In this document: positions 1 through 8,993 of the stretch, piece by piece | How positions within the stretch are numbered: position 1 is the stretch's first letter | Layout of the letters: each line of letters starts with the position of its first letter | Virus record (IMG/VR): IMGVR_UViG_3300017766_005465 | Coordinates: 32,001 to 96,000 of that record | Length of the DNA stretch: 64,000 bases | Source of the DNA: a virus | Strand: one strand, 5' to 3' | Translations under genes and position numbers: made by a program | The notes under the pieces: generated by a model | The model's input: the letters and a program-made list of their open reading frames with translations, nothing else | The model's database searches: none | Told to the model about the DNA's origin: nothing

Positions 1-912
1 AGGTTTCACGTTGACGATGTCATAGGCAGGTTGCTGAAAGCCGACCCAGAGGGCTGGAGGGAGCTCAACGTTCCGGCGCTGTGCATCGACGAGGAGAACG
101 ACGTGCTCGGGCGGGAGCTCGGGGAGTCGCACTGGCCTGAGTTCTTCCCAGTGCAGAACCTCCATGCCATACGCAAGTCTATCGGGGACAGGGATTTCAA
201 CTCTCTGTATCAGGGGAGACCGGCAGGTGAGCAGGGGGCCATCTTCAAGGAGACGTGGTTCGATTACCACTCGAAGAATCTCGGGAAATACGGATTCATC
301 TACGCCACCATAGATACCGCGTACAAGGCGGAGAGGATGAACGACTACACCGCGATATGTATCTGGGGTTACGACAGAGCGAATACCAAACTCCACCTCA
401 TCCACTACATCCTTGAGAGGCTGGAATTCCCCGATCTTGAGAAGATCTTCCCGCAACTCATCAAGCAGTGGAAGATACGGTGCATATACATCGAGGGCAG
501 GGCTCAGGGCGTACCTCTTATCCAGACCCTGAAACGCTCGGTTAACATCTCCATCAAGGAGCTGGTTCCTAACAAGGACAAGGTGCTGAGAGCGAATGCT
601 ATCGCCCCCGTGGTGGAGGGTGGCGCCGTCTCCCTGTACGAGAATCTGCCCAACCTAGCGGATAGGATTGCCGAACTTACATCCTTCCCGTACATCAAAA
701 ACGACGACTTCGTGGACGCTTTCGTCTACGGTGTCACCGTGTACAGGGACGAGATTATGGGAGGGAAGGCGGTAAGCGGTGGGGAGAGGCGTAGACTGCC
801 ACAGTTGGTCCATGATCCCTACTACCGTGGGGGAAGTAGGAGAGTCTCTACCGACATAGGATTGGTGGGAACCAGGATGGATCGCGGGTACAGCGGCACT
901 CGTTACCTATAA
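1..912 (+). CDS. terL: Terminase large subunit, C-terminal part (5' truncated by window edge)
   Basis: Frame open from base 1 (RFHVDDVIGRLL, like the TRWHxDDLxGRL coupling motif); LYQGRP linker; RNase-H-like nuclease motifs IDTA...DYTA and DDFVDA. Confidence 0.93.
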   Translation, partial: RFHVDDVIGRLLKADPEGWRELNVPALCIDEENDVLGRELGESHWPEFFPVQNLHAIRKSIGDRDFNSLYQGRPAGEQGAIFKETWFDYHSKNLGKYGFIYATIDTAYKAERMNDYTAICIWGYDRANTKLHLIHYILERLEFPDLEKIFPQLIKQWKIRCIYIEGRAQGVPLIQTLKRSVNISIKELVPNKDKVLRANAIAPVVEGGAVSLYENLPNLADRIAELTSFPYIKNDDFVDAFVYGVTVYRDEIMGGKAVSGGERRRLPQLVHDPYYRGGSRRVSTDIGLVGTRMDRGYSGTRYL

Positions 913-924
913 CGGGCGTTTGTA

Positions 925-933
925 TGGTATAAT
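925..933 (+). promoter_or_regulatory. Extended -10 sigma70-type promoter TGgTATAAT
   Basis: Perfect TGnTATAAT in the intergenic gap, 32 nt before the thioredoxin ATG. Confidence 0.7.
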
Positions 934-965
934 GCGTTCGTATCACCTTGCAAGGATTACAAATT

Positions 966-1283
966 ATGACAGATCAACAGTTCAAGTACCGGGTGGTCTT
1001 CTTTCAACAACCCGGTTGCGTTGCGTGCAACACCATGAAGCCGGTATGGTCGGCGGCGGCTAACGAGCTCTCTGAGGAGTACCCTCACTACTCCATAGGT
1101 TTTGGCGAGTGGGACGTTACAACCGACGAGTGGGAGTTCTGCGACCAGATCGAGTGCGATGGCACTCCGAACTTCGCCGTGTTCGACGAAGACTCGGAGC
1201 TCCTAGGTATAAATACCGATGGCATTCTTGCTAAGTCCCAACTCAAGGACTTCATCGTGGGCGCCATAGAAACCAACAACTAA
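966..1283 (+). CDS. Thioredoxin-like protein
   Basis: FFQQPGCVAC CxxC motif and downstream GTP cis-Pro motif; ~105 aa; ATG at 966 preferred over TTG at 948. Confidence 0.85.
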   Translation: MTDQQFKYRVVFFQQPGCVACNTMKPVWSAAANELSEEYPHYSIGFGEWDVTTDEWEFCDQIECDGTPNFAVFDEDSELLGINTDGILAKSQLKDFIVGAIETNN

Positions 1284-2035
1284 TGAACACGAACTTTACA
1301 ACAACGCCCCGCCGTGGCTCTAGAAAGGAGACAGAGCGGGACCGTCAGATCATCTCGCAGATGTGGAAGGCCAACCAGGTCGCGAGACGGATCTCCAGTT
1401 TTACCGGGTTGCCCTACGAGGAGCTTAGGGACGCGGCTCTCGAGTACATTGTCAGGATCTACGACTCGTGGGATCAGAGTAAGGGAGCCAATTTCTCCAC
1501 GTGGGTGAATAGGTGCCTCCAGTTCCACATGCTTAACTACCTCCGGGACAATAGCCGGCTCGTAAAGATCCCCCGCTCCTACTCCGATCTCTACCTGAAG
1601 ATCCGTAAGTACCTCATAGAGGACCCCGATATAACCGACGACAAGATCTCCGAGAAGATCCAGGTGTCGGCGAAAAAGATCCGGGCGGTGCGCCAGGCTT
1701 TCTCCATGAGCTTCTCGCAGATAACGGAGTACTCAAATGTCATCGAACCCGACTACGAGACGGAACTGACCTTCGCGGACCTTCTGGGGTCGCATAACGA
1801 CCTGCTGTGCAGGATCACCGAACTGGAGCCCGGGGACGAGGCGTTCCTCACCGACTACCTGGTGAAGAAGAGAAGCGTATCCACGTTGGTTCGTAAGAAC
1901 CCCCACCTACGCAACGCCGAGGACATCAAGCGCTACTCGGAACAACTGATAGAATTTATCCTATGCGACGGACCGTTACCATCCAAGAAACCCCCTACAG
2001 TAAAGGCGGCTTCGAAAAAAAGTGGAGTGAAGTAA
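1283..2035 (+). CDS. RNA polymerase sigma factor, SigB/F/G-like (probable phage late sigma)
   Basis: Region 2: YEELRDAALEYIVRIYDSWDQSKGANFSTWVNRCLQFHMLNYLRDNSRLVKIPR; region 3 HTH-like segment; region 4 degenerate. Confidence 0.88.
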   Translation: MNTNFTTTPRRGSRKETERDRQIISQMWKANQVARRISSFTGLPYEELRDAALEYIVRIYDSWDQSKGANFSTWVNRCLQFHMLNYLRDNSRLVKIPRSYSDLYLKIRKYLIEDPDITDDKISEKIQVSAKKIRAVRQAFSMSFSQITEYSNVIEPDYETELTFADLLGSHNDLLCRITELEPGDEAFLTDYLVKKRSVSTLVRKNPHLRNAEDIKRYSEQLIEFILCDGPLPSKKPPTVKAASKKSGVK

Positions 2036-2661
2036 CTTCCGCGACGGAGTGCAATTACTTCGTGAGGGGGGAGGACGAGGCCTTTCTGAACTCCGTTGTC
2101 GACCTCATTCCCCGGTGGAAGGTGACGAAGGATCGCGGGCCCGTGAGGTACAAGATCCGCAGTAAGAAGTTCCAGGGCAAGGCCGTGAGAGGGATCGTCA
2201 TGATTACGTCTAAGTCTAAACGCGAGGTCTGGTTGGGCAAGGGCAAGGTGGTCGACGAACTATTCCCCAGGAAGATCGAGTTGCCCGAGTACAAGAGGAA
2301 TAAGAAGGATGCTCTGGTCGCTATGAGGCAGATCATCGATCCTCAGATCAAGACGTTCCGCGCGAGTGTCAACAGGCAGCTCAAAAAGAAGCCGTTGAAA
2401 TGCTCCCTAAGTGGCGAGTTCATCAACTCGGGCGAATTTCACATAGACCACCGATACCCCTTCAAGAACCTTGTGGAGGAGTGGTGCAGGGATGAGAGGG
2501 TGGATCTTGAGAACGTTGACGTGTACTGCAGGGGGACGAAGTGTTACTTTAAGGACACGGATCTGGCGGAGAGCTGGTTCGATTATCACATGATGAACGC
2601 TCAGCTGCAGGCGCTCAGCGCCAAGGCCAATCTTGAGAAGGGCGCCAAGTACTACGGTTAG
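1963..2661 (+). CDS. Hypothetical protein with C-terminal HNH-like motif (DUF3223-associated type)
   Basis: Basic 232-aa ORF; FHIDHRYPF ... WFDYH ... ANLEKG pattern; overlaps the sigma gene by 73 nt. Confidence 0.55.
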   Translation: MRRTVTIQETPYSKGGFEKKWSEVTSATECNYFVRGEDEAFLNSVVDLIPRWKVTKDRGPVRYKIRSKKFQGKAVRGIVMITSKSKREVWLGKGKVVDELFPRKIELPEYKRNKKDALVAMRQIIDPQIKTFRASVNRQLKKKPLKCSLSGEFINSGEFHIDHRYPFKNLVEEWCRDERVDLENVDVYCRGTKCYFKDTDLAESWFDYHMMNAQLQALSAKANLEKGAKYYG

Positions 2662-3356
2662 CGCTTCTTTTTCTTGGAGCTTTTCTTAGGCTTGGAGGGG
2701 GCTTTGCCCTCCACGGCGAATCCGGAGCCACTGCGCTCGGCTATCTCGTCCCCGAGCCCTGTGAACTTCAACCCGGCCAGCTCCGAGCTGAGATCCACGT
2801 CATCGAACATCACCTCGAAGATCTCCGTGGCGGCGTCGGCGATAATACTCTCCACCCCCTCCGCGGTCTTCCGCCCGGTGAGCCACGGCTTACGCTTATC
2901 CACAGCACCGGCGTAGCCCATCTTGTTCGTCATCTCGTACACGCCCTGCGACTTGCGGTTGACGTAGTGGGAGCCGTAGAGCCTACCCGATATGATTCTC
3001 ACACCCTCCTCCTTGTACCTACGCTTGAGGAACTGGATGACGGCGCCGTCGGGATTCTGCGCCTCTATGTACCCCTCGAGTTCCTTCACGGCGCTCTCAG
3101 CGCGCATGATGAGAGCCTCGCCAGGCTTGCCCTCAAACTCGATCTCCACGCTGGACTCTTGCAGCGCCCTGATGTACTGCGAGAGGTTGTACTCAACCTC
3201 CTCCGTGTACTTCTCCGCAACGTGGGCGAGAGTGGCCTTCCTCACACCCTCCATCTGGGAGCGGAGGATCTGGTTCCTGGCCATATCCATGACCTCCTTC
3301 TTGGAGGAGGAGAGCACCGCTCCCATTACCACACCGGCGAGCGCTTTGTAGATCAT
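2658..3356 (-). CDS. Putative neck/tail-completion (Mu gpG / HK97 gp10-like) protein
   Basis: SGRLYGSH...YAGAVD...KPWL resembles the TGxLxxS...YA...RPF pattern; coupled (ATGA) to the hub gene. Confidence 0.45.
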   Translation of the reverse strand: MIYKALAGVVMGAVLSSSKKEVMDMARNQILRSQMEGVRKATLAHVAEKYTEEVEYNLSQYIRALQESSVEIEFEGKPGEALIMRAESAVKELEGYIEAQNPDGAVIQFLKRRYKEEGVRIISGRLYGSHYVNRKSQGVYEMTNKMGYAGAVDKRKPWLTGRKTAEGVESIIADAATEIFEVMFDDVDLSSELAGLKFTGLGDEIAERSGSGFAVEGKAPSKPKKSSKKKKR

Positions 3357-6300
3357 GAGGGTTTATCGCACTTGATCTGGTTGAAGTACTTTCTTGCCGC
3401 TGGACTACGATTACCCACTTCAAATTCGGGATCGCGCGGAACCTCAAACTCTCTCATGAACCACTCCATCGCTTTTTCGGGGGTTTTTGAGTTATTCATT
3501 TTGTCTATAGTGGATTTATACTTACCCTCTAACTCTTTCTTTAGGAAGCTTAGTTGCTGATCTAAGGAGCAATTTCTTCCGCATTTGTAAGTGTTAGCGA
3601 GATCGTCCGCCCTGCTTCCGCACCACTGAACGAGTCCGTAACCCGTGGTTCCCAGGACCCTAGATGGCGTACTACCACACCCTCTACCGGGACTCGAACC
3701 GTTGTGCACGTTAAAATTAACTCCGCTCTCCTTCTCCATGTTTGCCAGAGCTCCCGCCAGGGCTTCTCGAGTCTTCAAACCGGCTGACATAAGACCATTT
3801 ATAATGGAGTCTTTTGCTGGATCTCCTATCTTGCAGGTTCCAGGAGGGAAGGATGCTGCCACGTCCGTAGGTGAGGTGGAGTCACTGCCCTGGCTGAGGA
3901 ACTCGCTGAGGTTCTGGGCCTCGGGGCAGTAGAGTTCGGTGGAGTCCTTACCATCCACCTTCCAGTTCAACCCGCCCAAAGACCTGATGTAGTCGTAGTA
4001 GTTGCTGGTTATTTTGGCGTCACCGGAATCCCTCATACTCTTGAGGTAGTTTGTGAAGGTAGGTACGCGGGTCAGCTGAGTCCCCCACGCGCTTACGGCC
4101 TCTATCTGCACGCGCAGGTCCCCCTCCCTCCAGCGATACTCGCACTCATTAACGAACCAGTTCTTAAACCGGTTGGGGATCCAGACGCCGGGATCCCTGC
4201 TCGCGGGCCTGCCCTCCTCCACCCAGGCGTCGTAGTCGGTGATAAACGAGAGGATGGTTCTGCCCGGGATGATGCGCAGGGACCTTGGAATGCCCTTAAA
4301 GCTTGTTTCCATTGTCAGGCCCTGGGTGGCGGGGGAGCCGGATATTGTCGGTTTGCTCTTACCTCCACCGGAGGAAACACTCATTCCGGCCAGGTTGGGT
4401 GGTATAGATTTATCCTGAAGATGGCATATCAGTAATTCGGGTCCTTCGGGAGGTTTGAAAGCAACACCGTTTCCGCAGTCGCTTCCACCCACTCCGGGGC
4501 CAGCGGCTACAATTGTACCGGTCACGCTTACTGGTTCTCCAGCTTTTATGGGGTAGTCTATTCCAGCATGATCTCTTCCAGCGCCGAATCCTTGGCCCTG
4601 CGTATAGGACGTAAGTGACTTGCCAGCTACAGTAACGTACTTGGATGCTAGTGAGCGTAATTGCTGCTCGGAGAGAGTTCTGCTGGTGGATTCCTGGATA
4701 TGAACGTGGGGTCCTGAGGATTGCCCAGTAGACCCCACTCTGCCGACGATGAATCCTTCCGATGGTGCCGATGACGAAGCGGAGGAGGCCGGGGCGGTTG
4801 CAGTGCCCGCCTTGCGGGCTTTCTCCGCGGCGATAGCTCTCATTGTTGGATCCATCAGCTGCTTATAGAGCGCTTCCTTCTGAGCGGGGGTTCCCGACGT
4901 AAAGATCCGAGAGGTCGGATCGTCCATCCTTCCCACCTCGAGTATCGTCCCGCCGCGCTTAGGAACCGCTAGACCATCTCTCCAATTTTTATTGAAAGCC
5001 CCATACTGGGACGCAAGAGCGTCATCTAACGGCCAGATTTGCTTACCTCCGGTCGGTGGAATAACACCACTGTTTCCCGATTTTTGGTCGTTGTGTATCT
5101 CTATAACCTGTCTACCTCCCGATACTCCAGCGCTAGTTTTAGCGTACTGGGATCTAGGATCAGTCTCGGGTATACTTCCTGACGAGGGTAAATAAAATTC
5201 TACAAAGTCCGAGACACCGTACGCGCTAGCGTTTCGCTGCGCCCACTTAACAAGTTCGACGTTTAACTTCGCTTCATTGGGAGCGCCTGAGGAAGTAAAA
5301 TCGGCGTGACCCGCCATCAATAGTATTTTGGAAGGTTTATTGGTTGTAGTAGCCTTCCAGTCTTTAAGATTCTGCTTGGGGGCTGACGGTACTACACCAC
5401 CACCAGACCCCACTACAGCGGGACTTTGGGTGGTTGGTATATCAGTCTCAGGGAACGCCCACTCCCACACGATCTTAGGATTGATGACGGTGAGTTGGTC
5501 GTTATGCCCCATGATGTAGAATCTGACAAACTCGGGCTTATCGGAGGTGGAGGAGCCGAGCTCCTGACTGATCTCCACCTTATCCTTGGGCTTCACCTTC
5601 ACCGACGATAGGTTGGTGGACTCCTGAAACACAGGCCTAAAGAAGCACTTCTGGCTCCCTTCCTTCTCACAGATCTGCAGGGCAAATTTTGTCTTGATGA
5701 GTACCCGCCCGCTCCCCTCGATGGCCTCCTGAACCACCCCGCTCAGAAACGAGATGGAGGTGGTGCCGTTGGGCGCCGTGCCAAAGAGCTTCAGGCCATC
5801 CTTCTGGATCTTTGTGGCCTCCTCGTTGGTCACCTGCGCGCTCTTCGCGTTGGAGGAAGCCGGCTTAGCCTCCCGCCACACGTACCCAGTCGTCGAGGGG
5901 GCGTTCTTTACGTGCTTGGGGGCCTTCTCGAAGAGACCGGGGAAGGCGACCTTTTTGACCTTCTCCATGGCCTTCTTTCTCTTCTGGGGCACCATGTCCC
6001 CCAGGACGTAGGTGGAAGCTTTGAAAGCCTCGGAGAGGTACGGGTCGGCGTTATTCCGATTGGAGCCGGACTCGGCGTTGAGGGCCAGGATGGTCAGTTC
6101 CGGTTGGCCGTTGATCTCGTACCCTTCGTAGAGGCCTTTGCCGAGGTAGAATACGGAACACCCTTGATTGATCTCGCCCCTGGAGCACATGGAGATCTTA
6201 TTCGCGTAATCGCGTGTTGGCATGGAGAGGAAGTTACCACTGACCGAGTCGAGGACTTTCTTAATCGCCTCGTCGACAGTCACCCCGGTGTAACGCACCG

Positions 6301-6994
6301 TGCGGGGGAGTATCCTCTTCTTGGTCGGATCGGAGTTGGTATTGGAGCAGAAGGACACCGAGTACCCCTGGCCTTCCGCTAGGTCCTTCAGGGCCTTGTC
6401 GATGGGCAGGCCCTCGTCCAGGGAGATGTTGACCAGCGACTGATTGAATAGTATGGAGCGGGCTTCCTGCCCGCGAATGGTCACGCTCGGGTACCTAGCT
6501 CCGTGGGAGATGGAGAGGCCATTGACCCTGAAGTAGAAGTCGGAGCCGAATGACGTCCCCTTGACATCGTACCACAGCGACAGGACGAGGAAGGGGAATT
6601 TGCTTACGGAGGTGGTTCCGTCCGACTCACTATCAACGTACTTGAAGCACTTGTCGGTGTAGGGATCCTGCCCCTCCCCACACGGGGGAAGGAGTATGTT
6701 GTTCGCGGAGAAGATATTGGACTGCGTGTACAGGCTGGCGGCGTCGAAGAGCGCTGGCCAGGCCAGTCCCGTGAGGTAGGGATCGCTGATCGTTACGGAG
6801 CAGGTGGAGGCTGAGAGCGCGTTGGTGCTGACGGAAGCCTCCGTCGAGGAGTCCGCGTTAGCGAACGCCGCGTTAGGCTTCCACTTCAGTTTTACGTTTA
6901 GCTCCTGTATCTGCCTTTCGTCGAAGACGATAAGCTGCTCCGATCCGGAGGGACGGTAGCCTACGCGGGCTCTGCAACGGTACAGACTCGACAC
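3353..6994 (-). CDS. Baseplate hub protein fused to peptidoglycan hydrolases (amidase_3-like, M23-like, phage tail lysozyme)
   Basis: N-terminal late-control-D/gp27-like region; LLMAGHAD..E..IEIHND amidase; GSTGQSSGPHVH and HAGIDY M23 motifs; C-terminal AGALANMEKESG..GYGLVQW..SR Phage_lysozyme2 motifs. Confidence 0.8.
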   Translation of the reverse strand: MSSLYRCRARVGYRPSGSEQLIVFDERQIQELNVKLKWKPNAAFANADSSTEASVSTNALSASTCSVTISDPYLTGLAWPALFDAASLYTQSNIFSANNILLPPCGEGQDPYTDKCFKYVDSESDGTTSVSKFPFLVLSLWYDVKGTSFGSDFYFRVNGLSISHGARYPSVTIRGQEARSILFNQSLVNISLDEGLPIDKALKDLAEGQGYSVSFCSNTNSDPTKKRILPRTVRYTGVTVDEAIKKVLDSVSGNFLSMPTRDYANKISMCSRGEINQGCSVFYLGKGLYEGYEINGQPELTILALNAESGSNRNNADPYLSEAFKASTYVLGDMVPQKRKKAMEKVKKVAFPGLFEKAPKHVKNAPSTTGYVWREAKPASSNAKSAQVTNEEATKIQKDGLKLFGTAPNGTTSISFLSGVVQEAIEGSGRVLIKTKFALQICEKEGSQKCFFRPVFQESTNLSSVKVKPKDKVEISQELGSSTSDKPEFVRFYIMGHNDQLTVINPKIVWEWAFPETDIPTTQSPAVVGSGGGVVPSAPKQNLKDWKATTTNKPSKILLMAGHADFTSSGAPNEAKLNVELVKWAQRNASAYGVSDFVEFYLPSSGSIPETDPRSQYAKTSAGVSGGRQVIEIHNDQKSGNSGVIPPTGGKQIWPLDDALASQYGAFNKNWRDGLAVPKRGGTILEVGRMDDPTSRIFTSGTPAQKEALYKQLMDPTMRAIAAEKARKAGTATAPASSASSSAPSEGFIVGRVGSTGQSSGPHVHIQESTSRTLSEQQLRSLASKYVTVAGKSLTSYTQGQGFGAGRDHAGIDYPIKAGEPVSVTGTIVAAGPGVGGSDCGNGVAFKPPEGPELLICHLQDKSIPPNLAGMSVSSGGGKSKPTISGSPATQGLTMETSFKGIPRSLRIIPGRTILSFITDYDAWVEEGRPASRDPGVWIPNRFKNWFVNECEYRWREGDLRVQIEAVSAWGTQLTRVPTFTNYLKSMRDSGDAKITSNYYDYIRSLGGLNWKVDGKDSTELYCPEAQNLSEFLSQGSDSTSPTDVAASFPPGTCKIGDPAKDSIINGLMSAGLKTREALAGALANMEKESGVNFNVHNGSSPGRGCGSTPSRVLGTTGYGLVQWCGSRADDLANTYKCGRNCSLDQQLSFLKKELEGKYKSTIDKMNNSKTPEKAMEWFMREFEVPRDPEFEVGNRSPAARKYFNQIKCDKPS

Positions 6995-7006
6995 ATCGGG
7001 CGCTTA

Positions 7007-7738
7007 TCAGACTACGGCGACGACTTTGGCCAGAGCCGCGGTCTTCTGGGTGGCGCCGGTGGAAACGGCGGTGTTGACGTTGAGAGCGACGATCTGACCG
7101 ACTTTGAACCCACCACCGGCGGTTGTGATCGCGCCGAGCGCGGTAACCTTGCCCGCTGTGAGAGTTGCGGTCGCAACACCGAAGGCATAACCCGCGGGAT
7201 TGGTTGTCTCGGTCGACTCGATCTTGATTGACACGGTGCCTGACGTCAGAGTGCCGTTGGTGGTGTAGCCACTTCCCGCCTTCTCCAAGGAGAGTGTCAC
7301 GAGCCCACCCACAGGGGCCTGAGGAGCCGGAACGACCTCGGCGATGATCGCTGAGATCACTTCGGCCAGGTTGAAGCTTGCCACCATGAAGTGGAAGTCC
7401 TCGTCGCCCTCCATACCAACGTACCTGATGACGTTAAAGAGGCCCTCGTCGAGCAGCGCTTTGTCCTCGGCGGGCACGTCGGCGCTGGCGTTAAGCGCGT
7501 CACCGATGTACTTGAGTAGGCTGTAGGCGATCCTCTTGGCTTCGAAGCCCATCGTCGGACCCGCCTTCACGAAGCTATTGTATAGAGCGAGTCTGCTGGC
7601 GGAGGTGTTGTCACCGTTGCTGTACGACGCGACGAGGGTGTCCGTGCGGGCTTCGTCTAGAAACTCCTGGAATTTGATCTTGTATTCAAACTGGATTCCC
7701 AGGGTACGGTACAGGCCCTGGTTGAGGATATTGGCCAT
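7007..7738 (-). CDS. Putative virion structural protein
   Basis: 243 aa; C-terminal Thr/Gly/Ala-rich beta region with AGSGYT / AGGGFK units typical of cyanophage tail proteins; preceded by the late box. Confidence 0.55.
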   Translation of the reverse strand: MANILNQGLYRTLGIQFEYKIKFQEFLDEARTDTLVASYSNGDNTSASRLALYNSFVKAGPTMGFEAKRIAYSLLKYIGDALNASADVPAEDKALLDEGLFNVIRYVGMEGDEDFHFMVASFNLAEVISAIIAEVVPAPQAPVGGLVTLSLEKAGSGYTTNGTLTSGTVSIKIESTETTNPAGYAFGVATATLTAGKVTALGAITTAGGGFKVGQIVALNVNTAVSTGATQKTAALAKVVAVV

Positions 7739-7782
7739 GGTGAAGTAATACTTCTAGAGCCCTTATAGGGCGGATCGACTAT

Positions 7783-7790
7783 CTTTAAAC
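7783..7790 (-). promoter_or_regulatory. Putative late promoter box GTTTAAAG
   Basis: Recurrent motif, 44 nt upstream of ATG 7738. Confidence 0.6.
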
Positions 7791-8372
7791 AGAGACAAGG
7801 TGATCGAGCAGGTTAAAGTCCTTGTCAGTGTCGCGAAGAACGGTGTGCGGGAGGAGGGAGTAGCGGTTGAGGTAGTTATGCATGTAGCCGTAGTAGGCGT
7901 AATGCTCGGCCTCCCGCGCCTTCATCTTATTCTTGATCCACCAGGCCGTGGCCTCAGGATACTCCTCCCGTACCTCGATGAGGTGATGGGGTTGACTCCA
8001 CTTCCATTCCCGCTCGAGGAGGAATACCTTCACGTCCGAACTGCGCTCCAGGAAGTAGGATTCGGCGGCTTGAGCCCACTCGTGGGAGATGGAGATACGC
8101 CTACGAAACTCGTCGTAGAAGCAGACCTCGGAGAACCCACGATCGCATAGCACGAATTCTGGCGTCCTCTCTAGGACGGAGTTGAAGGGCCCGATGTACT
8201 GCTCGATGGGGCTGGAGTGGTGGGGTTGAGGCTCGGAGAAGTGCAGGGCGGTGGCGTGAATGTTCCGGTGCCGAAATCTCCTGAGGGTGTTCTCGATGAT
8301 GGTAGATTTGCCGACTCTGTCAGCTCCAAGCAGAACTACTGTGACGGGCTTGGACATTGGAAGTGAGATCAT
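7785..8372 (-). CDS. Thymidylate-kinase-like dNMP kinase
   Basis: P-loop GADRVGKST; FSEP; VLCDRGF (DRx motif). Confidence 0.75.
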   Translation of the reverse strand: MISLPMSKPVTVVLLGADRVGKSTIIENTLRRFRHRNIHATALHFSEPQPHHSSPIEQYIGPFNSVLERTPEFVLCDRGFSEVCFYDEFRRRISISHEWAQAAESYFLERSSDVKVFLLEREWKWSQPHHLIEVREEYPEATAWWIKNKMKAREAEHYAYYGYMHNYLNRYSLLPHTVLRDTDKDFNLLDHLVSV

Positions 8373-8381
8373 AGTACTCGT

Positions 8382-8390
8382 ATTATATCA
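8382..8390 (-). promoter_or_regulatory. Extended -10 promoter TGaTATAAT
   Basis: Perfect TGnTATAAT 9 nt upstream of kinase ATG 8372. Confidence 0.65.
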
Positions 8391-8487
8391 CGGATTCCGG
8401 CCCGCAGTCAAGAGCGCGCTCGAGCGCAGGCGCCCGCGCCCCGTGCACCGTAACTTTTCTACTATTACTTTTCACTAACGTACTAGA

Positions 8488-8495
8488 GTTTAAAG
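8488..8495 (+). promoter_or_regulatory. Putative late promoter box GTTTAAAG
   Basis: Recurrent motif, 30 nt upstream of ATG 8526. Confidence 0.6.
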
Positions 8496-8525
8496 TACTT
8501 GTACATACTTGAACAGAGCAGGAAC

Positions 8526-8867
8526 ATGCCCGCAGCTCCCGTGCCTCCCTACCATCGCTGGGGAGTCAGATTTACATCCGACACTACCCACAACCTACCC
8601 TACCTCCAGATCCAGCACGACGAGGACGAGAACTCAGCCTACAGAGGCGAGCTGTTCCTCAACGAGGCGCTCGACGAGATGTACTACGTAGATCTGAGCG
8701 GGACGGCCAGAAGGTTCGGGGACAGGGCCTCCGTCCCGTTCTCCCGGCTGAGCTTCACCGGCCTGAGGGAGTTCACCGATGACGCCTCGGCCGCGGCGGC
8801 CGTGCCCCCGGTGGCCATTGGGGGTATGTATAGGACCGGAAACCTACTAAAAGTCAGAGTGGTTTAA
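8526..8867 (+). CDS. Small putative tail-fibre-associated protein
   Basis: GELFLNEALDEMYY (fibre N-terminal-like) and C-terminal DDASAAAA..VAIGGMYRTG..LKVR motif common in phage fibre tips. Confidence 0.55.
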   Translation: MPAAPVPPYHRWGVRFTSDTTHNLPYLQIQHDEDENSAYRGELFLNEALDEMYYVDLSGTARRFGDRASVPFSRLSFTGLREFTDDASAAAAVPPVAIGGMYRTGNLLKVRVV

Positions 8868-8869
8868 AG
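8862..8869 (+). promoter_or_regulatory. Putative late promoter box GTTTAAAG (overlaps stop codon)
   Basis: Motif copy 124 nt upstream of phoH; could be coincidental with GTT-TAA codons. Confidence 0.4.
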
Positions 8870-8928
8870 TCTGTCAGGATGCGAAAACAATAGCGCATGT
8901 CCAAACAGCCAGGCGCTTCACCACTACC

Positions 8929-8967
8929 AGGACCCTAGGAGTTATTACGCTCCCCTGGGTCCTTTTT
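8929..8967 (+). terminator. Intrinsic-terminator-like hairpin upstream of phoH
   Basis: AGGACCC..GGAG loop CTCC..GGGTCCT followed by a T-run. Confidence 0.55.
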
Positions 8968-8993
8968 CGTATCCGTACCCAGACGCAAATCTC

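Noticed and set aside
8392-8487. GC-rich palindromic stretch followed by an AT-rich tract (possible origin or ncRNA)
   Set aside because: No iterons or recognisable RNA fold; adequately explained as spacer between divergent promoters
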